Positions 45,702-53,211 of a DNA stretch of 64,000 bases are shown here, piece after piece. Every line of letters begins with the position of its first letter. The first letter of the stretch is position 1. The position numbers and the translations under genes are program-made. The DNA comes from Ruminococcus bicirculans (ex Wegman et al. 2014) (lineage in GTDB: Bacteria > Bacillota > Clostridia > Oscillospirales > Oscillospiraceae), in NCBI GenBank assembly GCA_963649145.1, contig CAVJGI010000002.1, positions 4,105 through 68,104 of the forward strand, given 5' to 3'. Below the pieces are notes generated by a model. The model was not told where the DNA came from and ran no database searches. It saw only the letters and a list, made by a program, of their open reading frames with translations.

Positions 45702-46355
45702 ATGGGGCTTCTTTCCGCCGTTCTGGACCTGCTTTACCCGCCGCGCTGCGTGTTCTGCCGCCGCATCATGCGCTCCTCAGCCGAGCGCGTCTGCCCGGAC
45801 TGCGCAAAAACGCTGCCCTACGCGGGCGCGAGAGGGGAGCGGCATGGCGACTTTTTCAGCGTCTGCTGCGCGCCGCTGCTCTACGAAGGCGCCGTGCGCG
45901 AATCGCTGTTGCGCTATAAGTTCCACGAATGCCCCGGCTACGCCGCGCCTTACGGTGAGATCCTCGCCGCGTGTGTCCGCGAGGAGCTGGACGGGCGCTG
46001 GGACACGCTCTCGTGGGTGCCGCTCAGCCGCCGGAGACTGCGCGAGCGCGGCTATGATCAGGCGCAGCTGCTCGCCGGGGAGACGGCGGAGCGCCTTGGG
46101 ACCGCGGCGGTGCGGACGCTCGAAAAGCACGTGGACACCGCGCGGCAGTCCGCCACGGGAAGCCGCGAAAAGCGCGCGGCGAACATCTCCGGCGCTTACC
46201 GCGTCCCGGACCCCGCCCTCGTCGCCGGGCGGCGCATCCTGCTCATCGACGACATTATGACCACGGGCGCGACGCTCTCGGAGGCAGCCCGCACCCTGCG
46301 CGCCGCCGGCGCGTCGGAGGTCGTCTGCGCGGTGCTGGCGACGTCGCCGGACTAA
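45702..46355 (+). CDS. comFC: ComF-family protein (ComFC, PRTase-like)
   Basis: N-terminal zinc-finger CVFC...CPDC and PRTase motif ILLIDDIMTTGATL. Confidence 0.85.
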   Translation: MGLLSAVLDLLYPPRCVFCRRIMRSSAERVCPDCAKTLPYAGARGERHGDFFSVCCAPLLYEGAVRESLLRYKFHECPGYAAPYGEILAACVREELDGRWDTLSWVPLSRRRLRERGYDQAQLLAGETAERLGTAAVRTLEKHVDTARQSATGSREKRAANISGAYRVPDPALVAGRRILLIDDIMTTGATLSEAARTLRAAGASEVVCAVLATSPD

Positions 46356-46414
46356 AGCCGGAAATTTCAGTCTATACTTTTGCCTATACTTATTGATTTG
46401 AGGAGAACGGACCC

Positions 46415-47446
46415 ATGCTCTTTTTTGAGAGAGACATCGCAATCGACCTTGGAACGACCAACACGCTGGTCTATGTCCGCGGAAAGGGCGTCGCCATGCG
46501 CGAGCCGACCATCGTCGCCGTGGACAAGACGACCGGGAAGCTGCTGAAGATCGGCGAGGAGGCGCAGAAGATGCTGGGGCGCACCCCGGCGAACATCGTC
46601 GCCATCCACCCGATCGCGAACGGCGTCATTTCCGACTACGACATGACCACCCGCATGCTTCAGGAGCTGCTGAGCCGCGTCACGAGCTTCAGCTTTTTCA
46701 AGCCGCGCGTGATCGTCTGCGTGCCGAGCAGCATCACCGGCGTGGAGGAGCGCGCCATCATCGACGCGACAATCGAAGCCGGTGCGCGAAAGGTCTACCT
46801 GCTGGAGACCGCCGTCGCAACGAGCACCGGCGCGGGAATCGACATCTCCAAGCCGGAGGGCCATCTCGTCATCGACATCGGCGGCGGCACGACGGAGGTC
46901 GCCGTGGTCTCCCTCGGCGGCGTGGTGGAGGTCGAGTCCATCAAGACCGCGGGCGACGAGTTCGACGAGGCGATCGTCCGGTACATACGCCGGAAGCACA
47001 ACGTCCTCATCGGCGCGCGCACCGCGGAGGAGCTCAAGCGCGCCATCGGCTGCGTCTATACCCGGCGCGAGGTCGAGACCCGTGAGGTCAAGGGCCGCTG
47101 CCTGCTGACCGGTCTGCCCAAGGCGGTCACGGTCAACTCCAACGACATGATCGAGGCGCTCGCCGAGCCGGTCGAAAAGGTGCTGGAGACCATCCACATG
47201 GTTTTGGAGCGCACCCCGCCGGAGCTCGTGGCGGACATCTCCGTCAACGGCATCGTCATGTCCGGCGGCGGCAGCCTTCTCTGGGGGCTCGACAAGCTCA
47301 TCACGAGCCGCACCGGGATCGAAGCCGTCGTAGTGGACGACACCCTCGCCTGTGCCGCCTACGGAGCCGGAAAAATGCTCCGCGAGCTGAACAACATGCA
47401 GGAGGGCATGATCAACCTCGCGAGAAGAAAGCAGATGAAAGGGTAA
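46415..47446 (+). CDS. mreB: rod-shape-determining protein MreB
   Basis: IAIDLGTTNTLVY, VIDIGGGTTEVAV and MSGGGSLL actin-fold motifs. Confidence 0.95.
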   Translation: MLFFERDIAIDLGTTNTLVYVRGKGVAMREPTIVAVDKTTGKLLKIGEEAQKMLGRTPANIVAIHPIANGVISDYDMTTRMLQELLSRVTSFSFFKPRVIVCVPSSITGVEERAIIDATIEAGARKVYLLETAVATSTGAGIDISKPEGHLVIDIGGGTTEVAVVSLGGVVEVESIKTAGDEFDEAIVRYIRRKHNVLIGARTAEELKRAIGCVYTRREVETREVKGRCLLTGLPKAVTVNSNDMIEALAEPVEKVLETIHMVLERTPPELVADISVNGIVMSGGGSLLWGLDKLITSRTGIEAVVVDDTLACAAYGAGKMLRELNNMQEGMINLARRKQMKG

Positions 47447-47448
47447 AA

Positions 47449-47478
47449 AAACCGGCTCCCGAACGGGAGCCGGTTTTT
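47449..47478. repeat. 30-bp terminator hairpin, left copy (AAACCGGCTCCCGAACGGGAGCCGGTTTTT)
   Basis: Exact copy of 47712..47741 in direct orientation. The asymmetric GAAC loop fixes the orientation. Confidence 0.9.
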
Positions 47479-47711
47479 CAGCCTGTCAAAAAAAGTCCAA
47501 ACAACGCGGCGAAGCCGCACAATTTAAAGGCCTCCCTGTGTAAGGGAGGCTGTCAGCCGAAGGCTGACTGGAGGGTTGTAAGCTTCTGAAATTGCCAAGC
47601 TTGGCGTTTTCGGAAGCTTGGTAACAACCCCTCAGTCGCGCTTCGCGCGCCAGCTCCCCTTGCACAGGGGAGCCTTTAAAATCGCAGATCGCGGAGTTCT
47701 TTGACAGGCTG
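47479..47711. mobile_element. 233-bp non-coding fold-back element with 12-bp perfect terminal inverted repeats (MITE-like)
   Basis: CAGCCTGTCAAA at 47479-47490 and TTTGACAGGCTG at 47700-47711. The two arms are colinear imperfect inverted copies around the central CCAAGCTTGG. There is no ORF, and the element is flanked by the 30-bp duplication. Confidence 0.6.
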
Positions 47712-47741
47712 AAACCGGCTCCCGAACGGGAGCCGGTTTTT
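47712..47741. repeat. 30-bp terminator hairpin, right copy
   Basis: Identical to 47449..47478. It also serves as the terminator for the minus-strand hydrolase gene. Confidence 0.9.
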
Positions 47742-47748
47742 GCTTGAT

Positions 47749-48687
47749 TCACATCTTGCTCTCCAGCCAGCGGAGGACGTCGTTATAGACCTCATTGCGG
47801 CAGAGCTCGTTCAGAATTTCGTGCCGTCCGCCGGGGTAGAGCTTCAGGGAGACGTCCGTCATGCCGGCGCGGAGGAAGTTCTCATACGCGCGGCGGACGC
47901 CCTTGCCGCTCTCGCCGACGGGGTCGGCATCGCCCGCAATGAAGAGCACCGGCAGCTCGCGGCGCATCAGGCGGACATTATCCAGCTTCGAGATCATCTG
48001 GATGCCGCCCATCATGTCGTGGAACAGCCCCACCGTCGGGACGAAGCCGCAGAGCGGGTCGGCGTTGTAGCGGTCGACATGCGCCTCGTCGCGCGTCAGC
48101 CAGTCGTTCGGCGTGCGCGCGGGCTGGAACGCCTTGTTGTAGCCGCCGAAGGCGAGATTATTGAGCTTATCGCTGTGGTAGCGCGGACCGTGCTTTTTGA
48201 TCTCCAGTGCGCTCGCGAGCTTGCCGCCCGCGACGACGGCGGCGGGCTGCTGCCCGGTGCCGCAGATGACCGCGCCGGAAAGCCCCTCGGACCAGCGCAG
48301 CAGGTAAGTGCGGGTCAGGAAGCTGCCCATGCTGTGACCGAAGAGAAAATACGGCAGCTCCGGGAACTCCGCGTGCGTGAGCTGATAGAGCCGGTGCATA
48401 TCACCGACGGCGGTCATCCAGCCGTTTTCGTCGGCAAAATGACCAAGCTCGCCGTCGGCGCTGACGCTCTGACCGTGGCCCAGATGGTCGTTTGCTACGA
48501 CGAGGAAGCCGTTTTCGGCGAGGTACGCCGCGAACTCGTCGTAGCGCTCCACGTGCTCGGCAATGCCGTGCGCGATCTGCAAAACGGCGCGGGGCGCGGT
48601 GTCCGGCGTGCAGCGGCGGACGTGGATCTGGGTCACGCCGTCGCCGGAGGGGAAGGTGTAGTCGGAAAAAACGGGCATGGGGTTCAT
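47749..48687 (-). CDS. alpha/beta hydrolase (lysophospholipase / monoacylglycerol-lipase-like)
   Basis: HGIAEH, nucleophile elbow GHSMGS, and the C-terminal GGRHEILNE His motif. Confidence 0.85.
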   Translation of the reverse strand: MNPMPVFSDYTFPSGDGVTQIHVRRCTPDTAPRAVLQIAHGIAEHVERYDEFAAYLAENGFLVVANDHLGHGQSVSADGELGHFADENGWMTAVGDMHRLYQLTHAEFPELPYFLFGHSMGSFLTRTYLLRWSEGLSGAVICGTGQQPAAVVAGGKLASALEIKKHGPRYHSDKLNNLAFGGYNKAFQPARTPNDWLTRDEAHVDRYNADPLCGFVPTVGLFHDMMGGIQMISKLDNVRLMRRELPVLFIAGDADPVGESGKGVRRAYENFLRAGMTDVSLKLYPGGRHEILNELCRNEVYNDVLRWLESKM

Positions 48688-48709
48688 CCTCCTCTATCAG
48701 AATGTGTTG

Positions 48710-48853
48710 TCAACTGTTTCCGTGCAGCTTGAGATCGCCGCTGACGGTCTCTACCTCAATCTTGAAGCCGCCGTCGCCGAAGCGATAGGTCCCGTTCTGC
48801 GCCGTGAGCGCGAGGGCGAGCGCGAGGATCGGGATCAGTTTTTTGCGTTTCAT
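48710..48853 (-). CDS. possible small secreted peptide (47 aa); not in the ORF track
   Basis: ATG..TGA frame translated by hand: MKRKKLIPILALALALTAQNGTYRFGDGGFKIEVETVSGDLKLHGNS. The N-terminus is signal-like. AAAGGAG lies upstream, but at a long 15-nt spacing. Confidence 0.3.
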   Translation of the reverse strand: MKRKKLIPILALALALTAQNGTYRFGDGGFKIEVETVSGDLKLHGNS

Positions 48854-48884
48854 AAGGTTTATGTAACGCTCCTTTCCACTAAGC

Positions 48885-49190
48885 TCAGCCCAGCATCGCC
48901 CGGATGCTGTCCGCCGGGACGACGCCGACGCTCGCGTTCACGGGCTCGCCGCCGCGGAACAGGATCAGCGTCGGGATGGACTGCACGCCGTAGCGCATCG
49001 CGAGCTCCGGCTGCTCGTCCACGTTGACCTTGCCGAACTTCACCTTGCCTTCTAACTCCCCGGCGAGCGCCTCCACGACGGGGGCGAGCATGCGGCAGGG
49101 ACCGCACCACGACGCCCAGAAATCGAGCAGCACGGGCGTCTCCGCGCCCTCGACCTCGGCGGCAAAATTTTCTTTCGTAACTTCCAGCAT
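48885..49190 (-). CDS. trxA: thioredoxin
   Basis: WASWCGPCRML active site, 101 aa. Confidence 0.93.
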   Translation of the reverse strand: MLEVTKENFAAEVEGAETPVLLDFWASWCGPCRMLAPVVEALAGELEGKVKFGKVNVDEQPELAMRYGVQSIPTLILFRGGEPVNASVGVVPADSIRAMLG

Positions 49191-49208
49191 AATGATCGTT
49201 CTCCTTTG

Positions 49209-49421
49209 TCATTTGGATTTGTAGTAAAGATAACAGTGGCAGAAGCCCTCAAACTCCGGGTCGGCGATCTGCTCGCGGAACTCGCGGCACATGCACTTGG
49301 TGTCCTCCGTCCGTTCCAGACGGCAGGGGCAGTAGCCGCCCGTGCGCTTCAGCCCCTCCTTGACGGTTTTGACGATCTCCTCGTCGGGATTGAGCGTGAT
49401 CTTCATTCTTCGGTCTTGCAC
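49209..49421 (-). CDS. ferredoxin:thioredoxin reductase catalytic-subunit-like protein
   Basis: CPC...CMC...CHC cysteine pattern (GGYCPCRLERTEDTKCMCREF...GFCHCYLY). The start is ambiguous (GTG at 49421 or ATG at 49406). Confidence 0.7.
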   Translation of the reverse strand: MQDRRMKITLNPDEEIVKTVKEGLKRTGGYCPCRLERTEDTKCMCREFREQIADPEFEGFCHCYLYYKSK

Positions 49422-49508
49422 CGCCTTTCGGATTTTCTTCGGTCATATTATAACACAAACTGTCAAGAAATACAATAAAACTTGTGCGCGGGACGCAGAC
49501 ATTCGCGG

Positions 49509-49537
49509 TTGACTTTCCCGGAACGGTATGATAAGAT
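49509..49537 (+). promoter_or_regulatory. sigma-A-type promoter of guaB
   Basis: TTGACT, 17-nt spacer, TAAGAT. Confidence 0.5.
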
Positions 49538-49729
49538 AAATCGCAAGCATTTCAGACGCAGTTCTTGCTGAAAGGAGGCGGAGCGCTATGAATAAGTTTG
49601 CACGCATTGCGCCCGTTTCCGGCGCGTTTTTCCCGGCTGCAAAAAAGTGACAAGGTCGCTTTGCGAGCCGGGATTTTGTTATATGTAGTCAAAAATTTAC
49701 ACATAAGAGAAAGAGGAGGATCACGTCCC

Positions 49730-51235
49730 ATGGCAACCATCATCAACGAACCGTCCCATACCTTCAACGAATATCTGCTTATCCCCGGATATTCCTCCAG
49801 CGCCTGCATTCCGAGCGACATCTCGCTGAAGACCCCGCTCACGAAGTTCAAGAAGGGCGAGACCCCGGCGATCACGATGAACATCCCGATGGTCTCCGCC
49901 ATCATGCAGTCCGTGTCCGACGACCGGCTCGCCGTCGCGCTCGCGGTCGAGGGCGGCGTGTCCTTCATTTACGGCTCCCAGACCATCGAAAATCAGGCGG
50001 CGATGGTCGCGCGCGCCAAGAACTATAAGGCTGGCTTCGTTCCGAGCGACTCTAACCTCAGCCCGAAGGCGACGCTCGCGGACGTCCTCGCACTCAAGGA
50101 GCGCACGGGACACTCCACCGTCGCCGTCACGGAGGACGGCAGCGCCGAGGGCAGACTCGTCGGCATCATCACGAGCCGCGATTACCGCGTCAGCCGTATG
50201 GACCCCAAGACCCCGGTCACGGAGTTCATGACCCCCTACGAAAAGCTCATCTGGGCGCCGGAGGGCACGAGCCTGAAGGAAGCCAACGACATCATCTGGG
50301 AGCATAAGCTCAACGCCCTGCCCATTGTCGACGGCGACGGCAAGCTCTGCTACTTCGTCTTCCGCAAGGACTACGAAAACCACAAGCAGAACCCGAACGA
50401 GCTGCTCGACGCGCACAAGCGCTACGTTGTCGGCGCGGGCATCAACACCCGCGACTACGCCGAGCGCGTTCCCGCCCTGCTCGAAGCGGGTGCGGACGTG
50501 CTCTGCATCGACTCCTCCGAGGGATTCACCGACTGGCAGAAGTTCACCCTCGCGTGGATCCGCGCCCACTACGGCGACAGCGTCAAGGTCGGCGCGGGCA
50601 ACGTTGTGGACGCCAAGGGCTTTCGTTTCCTCGCCGAGTGCGGCGCGGACTTCGTGAAGGTCGGTATCGGCGGCGGCTCCATCTGCATCACGCGCGAGAC
50701 CAAGGGCATCGGCCGCGGACAGGCGACCGCCCTCATCGACGTCTGCACCGAGCGCGACCGCTATTATCAGGAGACCGGCATTTATATCCCCGTCTGCTCC
50801 GACGGCGGCATCGTCTATGACCACCACATCACGCTCGCTCTCGCCATGGGCGCGGATTTCGTGATGCTCGGCCGCTACTTCGCCCGCTTCGACGAGAGCC
50901 CGACGAACAAGATCAACATCGGCGGCACCTACTACAAGGAGTACTGGGGCGAAGGCTCTGCCCGCGCGAAGAACTGGCAGCGCTATGACCTCGGCGGCGA
51001 GGCGAAGCTCAGCTTTGAAGAGGGCGTGGACTCTTACGTGCCTTACGCCGGTTCCCTGAAGGATAACGTCGCGATGTCGCTTTACAAGGTGCGCTCCACC
51101 ATGTGCAACTGCGGTGCGATGAGCATCCCGGAGCTTCAGGAGAAGGCGGTGCTGACGCTCGTCTCCGCCACCAGCATCGTCGAGGGCGGCGCGCACGACG
51201 TCATCCAGAAGGACAAGAGCATGTCCGTAAAGTAA
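49730..51235 (+). CDS. guaB: IMP dehydrogenase
   Basis: [10 protein letters not shown], a CBS pair, and the catalytic loop [15 protein letters not shown] at 49730 follows AGAGGAGG. Confidence 0.93.
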   Translation: MATIINEPSHTFNEYLLIPGYSSSACIPSDISLKTPLTKFKKGETPAITMNIPMVSAIMQSVSDDRLAVALAVEGGVSFIYGSQTIENQAAMVARAKNYKAGFVPSDSNLSPKATLADVLALKERTGHSTVAVTEDGSAEGRLVGIITSRDYRVSRMDPKTPVTEFMTPYEKLIWAPEGTSLKEANDIIWEHKLNALPIVDGDGKLCYFVFRKDYENHKQNPNELLDAHKRYVVGAGINTRDYAERVPALLEAGADVLCIDSSEGFTDWQKFTLAWIRAHYGDSVKVGAGNVVDAKGFRFLAECGADFVKVGIGGGSICITRETKGIGRGQATALIDVCTERDRYYQETGIYIPVCSDGGIVYDHHITLALAMGADFVMLGRYFARFDESPTNKINIGGTYYKEYWGEGSARAKNWQRYDLGGEAKLSFEEGVDSYVPYAGSLKDNVAMSLYKVRSTMCNCGAMSIPELQEKAVLTLVSATSIVEGGAHDVIQKDKSMSVK

Positions 51236-51278
51236 AATTTCCCCGGTCCGCCGGCGGAAAATTTGCCGAAATTGCGCC

Positions 51279-51307
51279 TTGACGCAAAGCCCGCCGGGTG
51301 CTAAACT
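51279..51307 (+). promoter_or_regulatory. sigma-A-type promoter of the pur operon
   Basis: TTGACG, 17-nt spacer, TAAACT. Confidence 0.55.
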
Positions 51308-51327
51308 GGGACCGTAAAAACCAAATT

Positions 51328-51412
51328 GTTTCCCGTGACTGACGGAATGATGTGGAGCACCACAGAGGAGCGGGAAACAAGCGAACGCAAAAAATGCCGA
51401 CCGTCTGGGCGC
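51328..51412 (+). promoter_or_regulatory. ZTP (pfl-motif) riboswitch aptamer
   Basis: CCCGUGACUGACGGAAUGAUGUGGAGCACCACAGAGGAGCGGG, a linker, then GCCGACCGUCUGGGCG. This closely parallels the Fusobacterium ZTP aptamer as remembered (UGACUGACGGAA...CCGACCGUCUGGGCG). Confidence 0.85.
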
Positions 51413-51460
51413 ACTCTAACTCAATGACCTTGGGTTTCAGTGCGCCCATTTTCGTTTTTA
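51407..51460 (+). terminator. expression-platform terminator of the ZTP riboswitch
   Basis: GGGCGCACT...AGTGCGCCC followed by ATTTTCGTTTTT. Its 5' arm overlaps the aptamer pseudoknot strand CUGGGCG. Confidence 0.8.
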
Positions 51461-51474
51461 TAAGGAGAATTTCT

Positions 51475-51960
51475 ATGAAAAAGATCGGGATCGTGATGGG
51501 CAGCGCGAGCGATATGCCCGTGGTGAAAAAGGCCGCGGACATGCTCGAAAAATTCGGCGTGCCCTATGAGATGCACATTTATTCCGCCCACCGGACGCCG
51601 GGGGAGGCGCGCGCCTTTGCCGAGACTGCCCGCGAGCGCGGCTTCGGCGCGATCATCGCCGCCGCGGGGATGGCAGCCCACCTCGCCGGTGCGCTCGCCG
51701 CGGCGACGACGCTGCCGGTCATCGGCATTCCCGTCGCCTCCGCTCTCGGCGGGATGGACGCCCTGCTCGCCACCGTGCAGATGCCCTCCGGCATCCCGGT
51801 CGCGACCGTGGCGATCGACGGGGCGAAAAACGCCGCGTATCTCGCGGTGCAGATCCTCGCCGTGACGGACCCGGCGCTCGCCGAGGCGCTCGCCGCCGAC
51901 CGCGCGGTGACGGCGGAGACCATTCTCGCCGCGGACGCGGCGCTGGAGGTGGCGAAATGA
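51475..51960 (+). CDS. purE: N5-carboxyaminoimidazole ribonucleotide mutase (class I PurE)
   Basis: GSASD, SAHRTP and [10 protein letters not shown] motifs. Confidence 0.92.
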   Translation: MKKIGIVMGSASDMPVVKKAADMLEKFGVPYEMHIYSAHRTPGEARAFAETARERGFGAIIAAAGMAAHLAGALAAATTLPVIGIPVASALGGMDALLATVQMPSGIPVATVAIDGAKNAAYLAVQILAVTDPALAEALAADRAVTAETILAADAALEVAK

Positions 51961-52474
51961 TCGGGATGGAGGGAAAAACGCTCCGCTCCGAGCGCCTTGC
52001 TTACCGCCTTCTGGCGGAGACGACAAGCCAGCGCTCCGCGCGATTCTGTCCGACCGCGACGTGACGGAGCCCGCGGGCTTTCTCCCGGCGGAGACGGACG
52101 CGGAATTTGACAAGTTCTTTGCCCACCTCACGCAGTACAACACCGCGCTCGGCATTTATCTGGGCGATACGCTCATCGGCTATATCCACGTCAACCGCTA
52201 CCACGGCGGCGGGGAGTATGCCGAAAAAAGCTGCGTCGACACGGGCTTCGTCATCGGCAAAGCGTATCAGAACCGCGGCTATGCCACGGAGACGCTGCGG
52301 ACGCTGACGGCTTATTTGAAGCAGCGCTTCGACTTTTGCTTTGCCGACTGTTTCCTCTCAAACGAGCCTTCCCGCCGCGTCATCGAGCGCTGCGGCTACC
52401 GCTATGTGGAGGACTACACCATGCAATTCCGCGCCCTCGGCAGGGAGGAGACCTGCCACAGCTACGTTTACTGA
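51957..52474 (+). pseudogene. GNAT (RimJ/RimL-like) N-acetyltransferase disrupted by a 1-nt frameshift
   Basis: Frame A, starting at the ATGA overlap with the purE stop, gives [21 protein letters not shown] and then stops at 52062. The +2 frame continues [21 protein letters not shown] into listed ORF 52061..52474. The junction is at GCGGAG^ACGAC (~52019). Confidence 0.7.
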
Positions 52475-52530
52475 AAACGCCGTCATGCTTTTTATAAAAA
52501 ACCAAAATCTCAAAAAACGGAGGAACGATC

Positions 52531-53211
52531 ATGGAGCTGGTTTACACCGGAAAGACGAAGAACGTTTACGCGCTGGAAAACGGGAATTACCTGCTGAAGT
52601 TCAAGGACGACTGCACGGGCAAGGACGGCGTGTTTGACCCCGGCGAGAATGCCGTCGGGCTGACCATCGACGGCGTCGGCGACGTCAATCTGCGCATGTC
52701 CGTCTATTTCTTCGAGAAGATCAACGCCGCGGGCATCCGCACCCACTATGTCGGCGCAGACCTCGGCGAGACGACCATGGAGGTCCTCCCGGCGAAGGTT
52801 TTCGGCAAGGGGCTTGAGGTTATCTGCCGCCGCCGCGCGGTCGGCAGCTTCCTGCGCCGCTACAGCGAGTATGTCGAAGAGTGTGCGCCGCTGCCCTATT
52901 ACGTGGAGACCACCTTCAAAAACGACGCCAAGGGCGACCCCATCGTGACGCGCGACGGACTGATCGTCCTCGGCGTGATGACCGGCGAGCAGTACGACGC
53001 GATCCGCGAGATGACCCAGCGCATCACGAAGATCGTCGCCGACGACCTTGCCGAAAAGGGGCTGGAGCTTTACGACATCAAGTTTGAATACGGCTACGAT
53101 GCCGACGGCGGCGTGATGCTCATCGACGAGATCGCCTCCGGCAATATGCGCGTTTATAAGGACGGCAAGTATATCGACCCGATGACGCTCTCCGAGCTGT
53201 TCTTTGCGTAA
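52531..53211 (+). CDS. purC: SAICAR synthetase
   Basis: YTGKTKNVY...LKFKDDCTG and the typical C-terminal region. Confidence 0.92.
   Translation: MELVYTGKTKNVYALENGNYLLKFKDDCTGKDGVFDPGENAVGLTIDGVGDVNLRMSVYFFEKINAAGIRTHYVGADLGETTMEVLPAKVFGKGLEVICRRRAVGSFLRRYSEYVEECAPLPYYVETTFKNDAKGDPIVTRDGLIVLGVMTGEQYDAIREMTQRITKIVADDLAEKGLELYDIKFEYGYDADGGVMLIDEIASGNMRVYKDGKYIDPMTLSELFFA

Noticed and set aside
49440-49729. Purine, guanine or other known riboswitch upstream of guaB.
   Set aside because: I could not fit the conserved three-way-junction core of purine aptamers, nor ykkC, PRPP or ZTP signatures. Only generic hairpins and a uORF are visible.
52010-52064. Programmed ribosomal frameshift in the GNAT gene.
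   Set aside because: No slippery heptamer or downstream stimulatory structure is evident at the junction. A single missing G gives a simpler explanation (mutation or sequencing error).
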